Shown: piece after piece, positions 1 through 8,719 of the stretch
Layout: each line of letters begins with the position of its first letter
Numbering within the stretch: position 1 is the first letter of the stretch
Virus record (IMG/VR): IMGVR_UViG_3300029415_000135
Length of the DNA: 31,462 nt
Direction: 5' to 3' (one strand)
From: a virus
Taxonomy: Duplodnaviria > Heunggongvirae > Uroviricota > Caudoviricetes
Position numbers and translations under genes: made by a program
Notes under the pieces: model-generated
Told to the model about the DNA's origin: nothing
The model's input: only the letters and a program-made list of their open reading frames with translations
Databases searched by the model: none

Positions 1-219
1 TTACATCCACATAATTTGCTGCCCTGATGGCAACGGGTGCGGCCTTACGGCGTGGACTTCTCCCGGCTTCACGATGTATCTCTGTACCGACTCATAAGTG
101 ATGAACGTGGCGCTGCAATTCACGTTCTGACACTGGTGATAACGCTCTTTTGTCGTGTCAGTGATATAGCGACTTGTACGCGCATGTGCGGCATGCTGGC
201 ATAAAGGACAATGAAACAT
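1..219 (-). CDS. ogr: Ogr late-gene transcriptional activator (zinc finger), 72 aa
   Basis: ORF 1..282 contains, from the internal Met, a 72-aa product matching recalled P2 Ogr (MFHCPLCQHAAHARTSRYI...; Cys-x2-Cys ... Cys-x4-Cys). ATG at 217-219 preceded by GGAAGAGGTG SD; the upstream extension begins with TTG and is unsupported. Confidence 0.9.
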   Translation of the reverse strand: MFHCPLCQHAAHARTSRYITDTTKERYHQCQNVNCSATFITYESVQRYIVKPGEVHAVRPHPLPSGQQIMWM

Positions 220-300
220 CGCGAGCACCTCTTCCGGTTTTGTTGATGGTGCCATTTTAGTTAATTTATCCTTACAAAACAAACAGATAAATAAAACACA

Positions 301-1464
301 TCATTCTTCATCTTCTGTTTCGTACTCCACATCAGAAAGCCTGACCTCAAGCTCCAAGGACGTCGTGAAGCCGCTATTATTCAGAAAATGTGTCACCTTA
401 GTGATTGTCCAGTCCTGCTCGTCTATGACGCGCTTAAAGCCTGACACTTTGACCGGCGTTTCCGTGTAAATATCTGCACGACCGGTAGCCAGGCTGATGG
501 AGAACTCCGCAACGCCCCGTTGCAGCTTATCCCACTTCGCCTGAGCGGCGCGCATGGCCTGCGCTTTCGTGGCATATACCGTGGTCAGGGCAAAAACGTT
601 GTCAGCCTCACCGGCCATGTATTCACCTTCGCGCGCTTCCGGTACTTTTGGCGCTTTCTTCTGCGTGACCGGTTTCGCTTTCGGGTGCTCCAGTGCGCGC
701 AGGTGTTTCTCTTTCTTTTTGCGTTTCAGTTTTACCTTCTGCTTTTGCGGCTTCGGGTCTTTGGTGTGTAACCACTTTGCCGTTACGCCGGTGTAAGCTC
801 CACGGTCAGCAATCGCAAAATGATGACGGTCGCCGTCGCTGCGGGTGATGGTAATCTGCGGGATTTTTTTACCGCTGGCCGTCACCCCCTGCCCCGCTTT
901 GAGAAACAGCAGTTTTCCCATTTTTACCGACACCTCACCGCCGTTGCGTTCAGCAAGGCGGGTCAGGAATTTCGCATCAGACTCCTGCGACTGGTCGATG
1001 TGCGGAATTTTAATTCCGGCCAGTGACGGAGCGACACTGGCTTCCAGCCTGTTACGGGAGGCTATCGCTTCAACAATCGCACCGAGCGTGGTGTCATGCC
1101 AGGAGCCTTCCCGGCGGGAATTGAGCGTCCCGCGAAAATCTGCACTCCGGGCGCGGATGGTGACCACATCCGGTGCGCCCCGGTGTTCAACCTCATCAAC
1201 GGTAAATTTCCCTTTGCATACCAGGGCAAAACCTTTCCAGCCGATATACACCGTCAGGACAGCGCCACGAACCGGCAGCCCGACCTGCCCGTCGGCATCG
1301 TTCAGTTCAATATCAAGCTGGTCAGCCTCAAAGCCCCGGCTATCCATCAGGGTCATGCTCATCAGACGGTCGCTGATATTGCCGGTAATATCCCTGCTGT
1401 CGAGCATCAGCATGTAATCCGGCGTCAGCGTACTGCCTGCATCAAATGTCAGCGCATCCAGCAT
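301..1464 (-). CDS. D: tail protein D (late control/tail, gpD), 387 aa
   Basis: 387-aa ORF, same size and position as P2 gpD (between U and ogr); Lys-rich linker typical of gpD. Confidence 0.88.
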   Translation of the reverse strand: MLDALTFDAGSTLTPDYMLMLDSRDITGNISDRLMSMTLMDSRGFEADQLDIELNDADGQVGLPVRGAVLTVYIGWKGFALVCKGKFTVDEVEHRGAPDVVTIRARSADFRGTLNSRREGSWHDTTLGAIVEAIASRNRLEASVAPSLAGIKIPHIDQSQESDAKFLTRLAERNGGEVSVKMGKLLFLKAGQGVTASGKKIPQITITRSDGDRHHFAIADRGAYTGVTAKWLHTKDPKPQKQKVKLKRKKKEKHLRALEHPKAKPVTQKKAPKVPEAREGEYMAGEADNVFALTTVYATKAQAMRAAQAKWDKLQRGVAEFSISLATGRADIYTETPVKVSGFKRVIDEQDWTITKVTHFLNNSGFTTSLELEVRLSDVEYETEDEE

Positions 1465-1943
1465 TATCCCGCCCCCGTCATACCCGTGAATCTGGTCGCC
1501 ATACTGCCAGCCTTACCGATGAGCGATTCCGCCTGTTTACCGATATCACCATAAAGCGCGGCCAGTGATTCATCAACGCGGGTGAGCGACAGCGTAAAAT
1601 CAATTTTTCTGGGTGTGCCGTCTGCAAAGAAAATACTCCCTGTTTCACTCACCCTGCTGATGACATACATGCCGTAAATCATGCCGGTGCCATCCAGCAA
1701 CGGCCACGCCCGGCCTTCCTCTGCCATCAGCCTGAGCGTGGTCATCGTCAGCTTCCCGCCGGTCAGTTCGGGATAAAGCACGCCTGCAAGCGTAATGTTT
1801 TCCTCACCAACACCGAGAAACTGGTAGGCATCCCGTTTACCGATACGGGAATTTGACGGCCAGCGATAATCTGATTCACGCTGCATGGTCTGGTGTGGCA
1901 GCGTCTGGCGCATAAAAACAAACATACCTAACGCGAGCATCAT
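1464..1943 (-). CDS. U: tail protein U (gpU), 159 aa
   Basis: 159-aa ORF, size and synteny as P2 gpU; stop overlaps D start. Confidence 0.85.
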   Translation of the reverse strand: MMLALGMFVFMRQTLPHQTMQRESDYRWPSNSRIGKRDAYQFLGVGEENITLAGVLYPELTGGKLTMTTLRLMAEEGRAWPLLDGTGMIYGMYVISRVSETGSIFFADGTPRKIDFTLSLTRVDESLAALYGDIGKQAESLIGKAGSMATRFTGMTGAG

Positions 1944-1957
1944 TTTTCGTCACCTCC

Positions 1958-4405
1958 TTAACCGTCATGCATCATGCTGGCACGGGCGCGCGCACGTTTA
2001 TCCCGCTCGTATTTTTCGAGCGCATCCTGTAACTGGCGGTCAAGCTGTGTCCCCGGCGCAGTACCACCCGTCAGGCTGATGTGATATTCGTTTTTACTCT
2101 GGTCTACATAAGAGCGGCCAGCCGGTGCCGTGACCGGCTGATAAGCCTGGTAGCCTGCATAAGAGCTGGTCGCCGGAATATAACCACCGGTGCCATACGT
2201 GGCGGCATTAGTCCTTGCGGCGGTCTGGTCAAGTGTGTCTGACTCTTTGTTGATAACACCGAGTTTTTCCAGTACCCAGTCAATACCACTGCGCAGTTTG
2301 TTGAACGCATTAAGCGGCAGCATCAACGCGTCAGCCAGTGCCTGCCCGAACATGACGCCCGTGTCACGGCAACGGTTCAGGGTGTCCTGTGTGGCTTTAA
2401 CCGGGGCAATCAGGTTTTTAAACCACTGCCACGCGGCCTGTAACTTTTCACCCAGCCAGTCAAACACCGGTTTAAGTGGCGTGAACAGTTCCCCCACCGG
2501 CGCAAATGCCGCTTTCAGCCCTTCCACCACACCGCCAAAGAATGCGCTGACAGGCTCCCAGTATTTACGGATAAGCAACGCCCCGGCGACAATGGCGGCC
2601 ACCACGGCCACAACCGGCCAGCTAATCGCCCCGATGGCCGTCATAACAGCACTGCCAACCGTCGTGAAGATTGCCCCCATTGCGCCTGCTGCCGCGATGA
2701 TGGCATTGATGCCAGTGATAACCGGCCAGGCTACAAGACCAATGGCACCGATGATGCCAGTAAGCGCCAGCGCGCCACCGGCAATGATGCCAATGGTTGA
2801 CGCCAGTGATTTGTTTTTCTGGATCCAGCCGTCGAGTTTTAACACATACTTTGTGGCCGTCTGCGTGAGATTACGCAGTGCGCCTTCCTGCTGGTCAAAC
2901 AGGTCAGTCCCCACCGCCTCATAAGCGGACTGAAACTCCTTAAAGTCACCGCCGAGGTTGTCCTGCATGATATTTACCAGCTCTGCGGTCTTCCCGTCTG
3001 AGGCTTTAAACGCAGCGGTCAGTTTGTCCAGCTTTCCGGTTGAGGCGGCAGTCATCAACACAGCGGCGGCTGAGCTGGCCTCCTCCCCGAAAATGGTTTT
3101 CATGTATTCAGCCTGCTGGGCAGTACCGAGCCGGTTTTTCTCAAAACTGGCCTGCATTTCTTTCAGAATGGTAAATATTGGCCGGGTGTTTCCCTTGCTG
3201 TCTGAGGTTTTCACTCCAAGCTCTTTGAGTGCATCCCATGCTTTTCCCGTCGGTGCCTGCAGGCGGCTTAACACGGCACGGCTTCCCGTCCCCGCCATTG
3301 AGCCTGTGATTTTTGCATCATGCAGCGCCCCGACCATTGCGGCGGTTTCTTCAATGCTGACACCGGCATTTTTTGCCACAGGTGCGGCATAGGTCAGCGC
3401 ATCGCTCATGCCGTCAAAATCGGCGGCGGTTTTGTTCATCGTCATGGAGAGAACATCCCCGATATGAGCGACCTTATCGTTTGAAAGCTGAAAGGCGGAT
3501 TTCATCCCCATCAGCAGGGCGGCGTTTTCTTCCATCGTGCGGCGGTTCGCCAGCGCCATATTCAGCGTGACCGGCGTTGCCGCCTGAATGGCATCAACAT
3601 CCCCACCCGCTTTCGCGATGATTATCTGTGCACCGGCCGCATCATCCGCCGAGGCGGCGGTATTGTCGCCGAGCTGGCGCGCCTGTTTGCGTAGTACGGT
3701 CATTTCGGCGGAGTCTTTTGCCACTCCGAGCACGGCCTGCAATTCTGAGTTTTTCTGCGCAAACTCATAACCGGGCATCAGCAGCTTAACTCCGGCCATC
3801 GTTCCCGCCGCCGCAATCCCCACACCGGCAGCGCCCACCGAGGCCATATTTCCGGCCAGTTCCTTTCCGGCCTGATAACGCTGTTTGACTGCGTTAAGTT
3901 TTGCCTGTTGCGCACTGACACGCGCCAGCGCATCACGCTGACGGTTAAGCTGTGCGGTGGTTTCACTGATACGGTTTTTCAGTCCCTGCTCATCATGTGC
4001 AAGATTGCGGGTATTAATTCCCACAGCGGCCAGTTCCCGCTGCTGGCGTTTAACGGAATCCGTCAGGCGGTTATATTTCGCCTGTAAGTCCTCCGCCGCA
4101 CGCTTTGCGGATTCCAGCACTTTCGCCTGAGCACGGGTCGGACGTTCGGTGTTTTTAAACTGTGTGGCAAGGGCTTCGGCTTCCTGCCGTGCCTTTTCAA
4201 GTGCATGACCAGTCACGGCAAGCTGCGCACTGGTCTTGCGAAATCCCTCAATACGGGACGCCTGACCGTTCAGCTCGCGCAGTGATTTTTGTGTTTCCCG
4301 GATATCCCCCGACAGCGACTTGCTCGCTGTACGGATGGATTTAAACGGGCGGGATGCCTGGTCAACAGCCCTGAGCAATACCTGTAATTTTACATTGTTA
4401 CTCAT
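1958..4405 (-). CDS. T: tail tape measure protein (gpT), 815 aa
   Basis: 815-aa Ala/Gly-rich, coiled-coil-rich ORF with hydrophobic central segments; size identical to P2 gpT; ATG at 4403-4405 overlaps the end of E'. Confidence 0.9.
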   Translation of the reverse strand: MSNNVKLQVLLRAVDQASRPFKSIRTASKSLSGDIRETQKSLRELNGQASRIEGFRKTSAQLAVTGHALEKARQEAEALATQFKNTERPTRAQAKVLESAKRAAEDLQAKYNRLTDSVKRQQRELAAVGINTRNLAHDEQGLKNRISETTAQLNRQRDALARVSAQQAKLNAVKQRYQAGKELAGNMASVGAAGVGIAAAGTMAGVKLLMPGYEFAQKNSELQAVLGVAKDSAEMTVLRKQARQLGDNTAASADDAAGAQIIIAKAGGDVDAIQAATPVTLNMALANRRTMEENAALLMGMKSAFQLSNDKVAHIGDVLSMTMNKTAADFDGMSDALTYAAPVAKNAGVSIEETAAMVGALHDAKITGSMAGTGSRAVLSRLQAPTGKAWDALKELGVKTSDSKGNTRPIFTILKEMQASFEKNRLGTAQQAEYMKTIFGEEASSAAAVLMTAASTGKLDKLTAAFKASDGKTAELVNIMQDNLGGDFKEFQSAYEAVGTDLFDQQEGALRNLTQTATKYVLKLDGWIQKNKSLASTIGIIAGGALALTGIIGAIGLVAWPVITGINAIIAAAGAMGAIFTTVGSAVMTAIGAISWPVVAVVAAIVAGALLIRKYWEPVSAFFGGVVEGLKAAFAPVGELFTPLKPVFDWLGEKLQAAWQWFKNLIAPVKATQDTLNRCRDTGVMFGQALADALMLPLNAFNKLRSGIDWVLEKLGVINKESDTLDQTAARTNAATYGTGGYIPATSSYAGYQAYQPVTAPAGRSYVDQSKNEYHISLTGGTAPGTQLDRQLQDALEKYERDKRARARASMMHDG

Positions 4406-4825
4406 TCGTGTTTCCGCTTCGCCGGAGCGCCTTTTCGCGCCATGTGATGAGTTCGGTCAGGCTCATGGGATACAGTTCTGATGGCGGCCAGTGAAATATC
4501 ACAGCCACATCTGCCATCAGGTCATCGACCGAGAGATTTTTCGGAAACGTCACTGCACCGAGTTCGGCGACAAAAAACCGACCACCTTACCGGCCAGCGC
4601 CACAAGGTCAGGCAGTTCCAGCGCGGCGACTTCCTGCTCGGTCAGCATCGGTGCCGTCATGCGCGGCAGCACCTTAATCAGTGCATCGACTTCAGAGTTC
4701 GCGACCGCAGCCAGACTGACACCGCGCAGCGTCCCGGCATTGGGTTTCATCAGCGTGACCTGTTCGATAACCTGCTCACCACGCTTGACCGGATTGTCCA
4801 GGGTAATCACATTTTCTTTGTTCAT
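4398..4825 (-). CDS. E': tail assembly chaperone E+E' made by programmed -1 frameshift, 142 aa
   Basis: Slippery heptamer T-TTT-TTG (complement of 4571-4577) near the 3' end of E. Hand translation of the -1 frame from there runs 57 codons to TAA at 4398-4400, giving 85+57=142 aa, the size of P2 E+E'. Confidence 0.75.
4550..4825 (-). CDS. E: tail assembly chaperone E (gpE), 91 aa
   Basis: 91-aa ORF upstream of T, matching P2 gpE in size and position. Confidence 0.85.
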   Translation of the reverse strand: MNKENVITLDNPVKRGEQVIEQVTLMKPNAGTLRGVSLAAVANSEVDALIKVLPRMTAPMLTEQEVAALELPDLVALAGKVVGFLSPNSVQ

Positions 4826-4853
4826 GGTTTTCTCACTTATGAATCGGGGTTAA

Positions 4854-4874
4854 CCGGTCAGCCAGGCTGACCGG
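4854..4874 (-). other. perfect GC-rich hairpin in the FII-E intergenic region (possible attenuator or stability element)
   Basis: ccggtcagc-cag-gctgaccgg, a 9-bp perfect inverted repeat with a 3-nt loop, between the FII stop and the E start; no U tract follows. Confidence 0.4.
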
Positions 4875-4881
4875 ATGAAAA

Positions 4882-5400
4882 TCACAGGCCGATATTGCGG
4901 CGGTGTTGCTCCAGCCGGTCGACGCCGTTCACCTTCTCAATCATGTTGATGGTGTCGATTTCGACCAGCTCCTTACCGTCCATCGTCAGCCGGAAATAGG
5001 TGCAGACCACGGAGATTTTCGACTCGGTGTCTTCTCCCTGTTTGCCCTCGCCGGTGTCGATTTCTTTCTGACGTCCACGCATGACCACCTCGACGGCCAC
5101 CGTTTCGCCGGTATCGTCGCGCTGGTAAGAGCCTGCAAAACGAATCGGTACGGCATCCACACCGGTTGCGGCGTAAAGCTCCCAGATAACCGAATCCGGG
5201 AAGCCACCGAGCGACCACTCCATTGACAGCGCATCGTCATCAAGGCCGAGGTCTACCGGTGCGCTGCCGTTCATCCCCGCACCGCGATAGTTTTCGAGCT
5301 TACGGGTCAGTTTTGGCAGCGTGACGGACTTTGCAACGCCCTGATAGCTGTAGCCGTTCAGAAAGACGTTCATTAACTTGAGTTTGCGCGGCATTGCCAT
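4882..5400 (-). CDS. FII: tail tube protein (gpFII), 172 aa
   Basis: 172-aa ORF, size and synteny as P2 FII. Confidence 0.9.
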   Translation of the reverse strand: MAMPRKLKLMNVFLNGYSYQGVAKSVTLPKLTRKLENYRGAGMNGSAPVDLGLDDDALSMEWSLGGFPDSVIWELYAATGVDAVPIRFAGSYQRDDTGETVAVEVVMRGRQKEIDTGEGKQGEDTESKISVVCTYFRLTMDGKELVEIDTINMIEKVNGVDRLEQHRRNIGL

Positions 5401-5412
5401 CGGTCAGGCTCC

Positions 5413-6603
5413 TTAATTGCTGTTAACCGAAGTGACCAGATTTGCCAGGTATTTATCGGTAATACGCTGGCGCAGGGTCAGGTTTTCGAGAGGAGGCACC
5501 GGTGTATAGTCGTAGTCGATATACAGTTTTCCGGCCTTGAGGGTTTCCGCATCGTTGGATTCTTCGCTGAACCAGCAGGTCGCATCCACGATATAGCCGT
5601 TTGTTTTCAGCTCACGGAATTTGGCATTGATGCCGTCAACGATGTCGCGAATCAGCGTTGCGGTGATGGGCTTGTCCACCGCCCACATGTGCGCCTCAGC
5701 CATCGTGTCGGCCAGCACCTGCGCGGTGCGGGTGTAGTTTTCAAAGAGGAACAGCGGGTCATCAGAGCAGGTACGGTTACCCCAGAAGCGGAAACCGTCA
5801 CGACGAATCAGCGTTGTGACACCTGACTCGTTCAGCAGGTCAGCATCGGTGCCGGACTCCTGCAAATCCCAGAATACAGATGCGCTGATGCCGGTAACAC
5901 CGTTCACCCCGACGTTGGACAGCGTTTTATGCCAGCCCTGCTCCTGGTCGATTTTAGCGCGCAGCCCCAGCGCACGAGCGGTGGCATACGCGGTGGCGGT
6001 GGTACTGGTGACCGTATCCCATGCGAGGAAATCCGGCCAGATGACCATCAGCTCACGCTGGCTGAAATTCTGGCGGTAGGCTTTCACCTCGGAAATGGTT
6101 TTACAGCCCCATGCGCTGATATACCCGAAAGCGCGCAGCTTCTGACAGACTGATGCCAGTGCAACAGCCACCTCTTTGGTGTCCAGTCCCGGCACGCCGA
6201 GAATACGCGGTTTAACACCGGTAACAGACTCCGCCGCCAGCAGGGCTTTCAGTCCGGTGTACTGACCGTTTTCGTCGGTGGTGCCGATGATATTGGAAAC
6301 GGTCTGCGCGAGTTTTGTTTCCTCGTCGTCGCCGGTGCCGTCTTCCACACGCACGACAACGGTGACCGGTTTTGACTGGTCGGCGATAGCCTGCAACGAT
6401 GCCGCCAGCGTGCCTTTTTTACCGGCCTTTGCAATTGCACTCTGCACATTGGTAATCAGCACCGGTTTATTGAGGGGGAAGGTTTCCGCATCCGCATCGC
6501 TGGCCGTGCAGACCATGCCAACAATGGCAGTGGATACGGTGGAAATGACACGGGTGCCGTCGTTAATCTCCAGCACCTGCACGCCGTGATGATAGTCACT
6601 CAT
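5413..6603 (-). CDS. FI: contractile tail sheath protein (gpFI), 396 aa
   Basis: 396-aa ORF, size and synteny as P2 FI. Confidence 0.9.
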   Translation of the reverse strand: MSDYHHGVQVLEINDGTRVISTVSTAIVGMVCTASDADAETFPLNKPVLITNVQSAIAKAGKKGTLAASLQAIADQSKPVTVVVRVEDGTGDDEETKLAQTVSNIIGTTDENGQYTGLKALLAAESVTGVKPRILGVPGLDTKEVAVALASVCQKLRAFGYISAWGCKTISEVKAYRQNFSQRELMVIWPDFLAWDTVTSTTATAYATARALGLRAKIDQEQGWHKTLSNVGVNGVTGISASVFWDLQESGTDADLLNESGVTTLIRRDGFRFWGNRTCSDDPLFLFENYTRTAQVLADTMAEAHMWAVDKPITATLIRDIVDGINAKFRELKTNGYIVDATCWFSEESNDAETLKAGKLYIDYDYTPVPPLENLTLRQRITDKYLANLVTSVNSN

Positions 6604-6662
6604 CCGTTTAACTCCGTGGTTAATGGGTGAGTGATATTTTCAGTTGTGCCGGAGATGTCAGG

Positions 6663-7256
6663 CTATTTGTCCCGGTTGGCTAAGGGATGACACAATTTAT
6701 TCTTTGCCGCTGATGAGGGGAATTTTTTATAGAGCGTGGACAGGCCAATATCAAAAATCAGCGCCACGCGTTGACGTGATTCACCCGCAGCCAGCAACCG
6801 TCCTGCCTGTTCCCACTCACTCGCGGTGAGCTTCGGACGTCTGCCACCAATACGACCTTTAGCTCTGGCCGCTTCCAGTCCGGCGCGAGTCCGCTCGACA
6901 ATGAGTTCTCGTTCCATTTCAGCCAGGGCACCCATCACATGAAAGAAAAAACGCCCCATCGGCGTGCTGGTATCAATGGCATCCGTCAGGCTGCGAAAAT
7001 TAATGCCGCGTTCGCGCAGCTCCTCAACCAGAATGACCAGATGCCGCATACTACGCCCCAGCCGGTCCAGCTTCCAGACTACCAGTGTATCCCCCTCCGA
7101 TAATGTCCTGAGCAGTTTTTTCAGTCCCGGCCTGTCGGACTTCGTGCCGCTGATTTTGTCCTCAAAAATCAGCTCACATCCTGCACACTCCAGCGCGTTA
7201 CGCTGCAATTCCGTGTTCTGGTCATTTGTTGACACGCGTACATAGCCAATAAGCAT
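6663..7256 (-). CDS. serine-recombinase DNA invertase (Hin/Gin/Cin/Pin family), about 197 aa
   Basis: N-terminus MLIGYVRVSTNDQNTELQ carries the catalytic Ser of resolvase/invertase family proteins; C-terminal HTH region. ATG at 7254-7256 has GGGGG SD 6 nt upstream. Lies directly beside the invertible segment, as gin does in Mu. Confidence 0.88.
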   Translation of the reverse strand: MLIGYVRVSTNDQNTELQRNALECAGCELIFEDKISGTKSDRPGLKKLLRTLSEGDTLVVWKLDRLGRSMRHLVILVEELRERGINFRSLTDAIDTSTPMGRFFFHVMGALAEMERELIVERTRAGLEAARAKGRIGGRRPKLTASEWEQAGRLLAAGESRQRVALIFDIGLSTLYKKFPSSAAKNKLCHPLANRDK

Positions 7257-7311
7257 GAGCATCCCCCTGAATAAAAACCGGAGATGATGCCAGTTGCCCG
7301 TTATCTCTGCA

Positions 7312-7337
7312 TTTTCATAAACGTTGGTTTGGGAGAA
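7312..7337 (+). repeat. 26-bp hix/gix-like recombination site (outer end of invertible segment)
   Basis: TTTTCATAAACGTTGGTTTGGGAGAA; imperfect palindrome with half-sites resembling the TTATCnAAAACC Hin-family consensus; matches the site at 9187-9212 at 20/26 positions in inverted orientation. Confidence 0.75.
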
Positions 7338-7700
7338 GCGGCAAAACGGGATGTGGGTAACGGGCAAAACCAAATTCCTGATATGTCAGCGTGGGAGTGT
7401 GGGGGAGATACAACGACGGGATGGAGGCGAAGCCCGGATGGTTATATTGAACAATGGGGGCTAACTGAGGCCACAACAAATGAAGTTTTGATTAATTTTC
7501 CTATCCCATTTCCGACAGCCGTCATTTCTATTAATGAACATGACCAGGCTCCTGTGGCAGGGAAAATGTCAGTATGGCAATTCTATAAATTGACTAACTC
7601 AAATGTCATAGCAGAGAACCTGGGATCTCTTGATAAAGGAAATCCATCCTTCAATGTTCCAACTGTCGCTGGTTGCCGCTGGTTTGCTACAGGAAGATAA
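7338..7700 (+). CDS. alternative (currently silent) tail-fibre C-terminal segment, fused to H only after inversion
   Basis: In-frame ORF continuing from the crossover site (…GLGE-AAKRDVGNGQNQ…) with no start codon or SD of its own; stop at 7698-7700 directly before the tfa' start. Confidence 0.65.
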   Translation, partial: AAKRDVGNGQNQIPDMSAWECGGDTTTGWRRSPDGYIEQWGLTEATTNEVLINFPIPFPTAVISINEHDQAPVAGKMSVWQFYKLTNSNVIAENLGSLDKGNPSFNVPTVAGCRWFATGR

Positions 7701-7701
7701 A

Positions 7702-8142
7702 ATGAGTAAATATCTTTACGATGCTAAAACTAATATGTTTTACCCATTTACTCTGGAAAGTCAGTATAAGGAGTCTGGGTTATGGCCTCATAATGGAGTT
7801 GAAGTTGATGAGGATATATTTATTAAGTACCTGGCCCCACCTCCAGGGAAAGTGAGAGTTGCGGGTGATGATGGCTATCCTGCATGGGATGACGTACCGC
7901 CGCTAACTCATGAAGAACAACTGTCAGAAGCGGAACGAAAAAAACAGGCACTCATAAATCGAGTTAATGAATATATTAACAGTAAGCAGTGGCCAGGAAA
8001 GGCTGCTATTGGTCGTCTGAAAGGTGAGGAACTGGCGCAATATAATCTGTGGCTGGATTACCTGGACGCACTGGAAATGGTCGATACTTCCAGTGCTCCA
8101 GATATTGAATGGCCTACGCCTCCGGCAGTTCAGGCCAGATGA
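7702..8142 (+). CDS. alternative tail fibre assembly protein (Tfa/Mu U' type), 146 aa
   Basis: ATG at 7702 with AGGAAGA SD; C-terminus ...DTSSAPDIEWPTPP is characteristic of Tfa chaperones; 3' end overlaps the other tfa tail-to-tail. Confidence 0.75.
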   Translation: MSKYLYDAKTNMFYPFTLESQYKESGLWPHNGVEVDEDIFIKYLAPPPGKVRVAGDDGYPAWDDVPPLTHEEQLSEAERKKQALINRVNEYINSKQWPGKAAIGRLKGEELAQYNLWLDYLDALEMVDTSSAPDIEWPTPPAVQAR

Positions 8143-8719
8143 CATCTGGCGCGGTGCTGGTATCAGTTGCCGTCACCGCGTCAATGTAATCCAGCACAGC
8201 GTTAAGGCGGGTTGTTTCTGTCTGCGTCAGTTTACGTCCGGCCTGCAATTTCAGTTGAATCAGACTGATGGAAGCCATTGCAGCATCAATCAGTGACTGG
8301 CGCTGTGCTTCTGCCGCTTCTACTGCGGCGCTATGCTGTGCCTCAGTATCCGCCACCCATTTTTCACCATTCCATTTATCATATGGCGTTAACGGGGCGA
8401 TAGTGGTTGTATTTTCAGGGTAATCACCCAGAGCGGTGATTTCTTTTGATTCTCCTGTTTCGGTGCTATAGACCGTTTCACCGCGATGGTCTGGCACATA
8501 TTCCCATGAGTTTAAATCTGCCGAACGGCAGATTGCATAACCAGCTTTGTTTGAGCTCGGAGCATCTAAACAAGAACATGCCGGGATACCGACACCGACA
8601 GCAAGATATTCAGTTGATGTGGCAATATATTCCCGTGTTTCGCCATCATAATTATAAACGGTAACACTCCCCGCCTTTGTAGCAATAAGCTCACTATTTA
8701 ATACAACTTTATTCATCAT
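8114..8719 (-). CDS. tail fibre assembly protein (Tfa; P2 gpG / Mu U analogue), 201 aa
   Basis: C-terminal ...DTSTAPDVIWPELPE Tfa signature; start overlaps the H stop. Confidence 0.85.
   Translation of the reverse strand: MMNKVVLNSELIATKAGSVTVYNYDGETREYIATSTEYLAVGVGIPACSCLDAPSSNKAGYAICRSADLNSWEYVPDHRGETVYSTETGESKEITALGDYPENTTTIAPLTPYDKWNGEKWVADTEAQHSAAVEAAEAQRQSLIDAAMASISLIQLKLQAGRKLTQTETTRLNAVLDYIDAVTATDTSTAPDVIWPELPEA

Noticed and set aside
1-282. 93-aa extended Ogr ORF from the six-frame track
   Set aside because: The 21-codon upstream extension begins with TTG and has no SD; the internal ATG (217-219) with GGAAGAGGTG SD gives the 72-aa size of Ogr.
2190-3392. Long plus-strand ORFs (244 and 144 aa) antisense to the tape-measure gene
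   Set aside because: They lie entirely within the well-supported T coding region on the opposite strand and are Ala/Pro/Ser-rich artefacts of the GC-rich repetitive sequence.
7284-7337. Apparent N-terminus (MMPVARYLCIF…) of the alternative tail-fibre ORF
   Set aside because: These codons lie outside or at the recombination site and begin without a credible start or SD; the segment is expressed only as a fusion to the H constant region after inversion.
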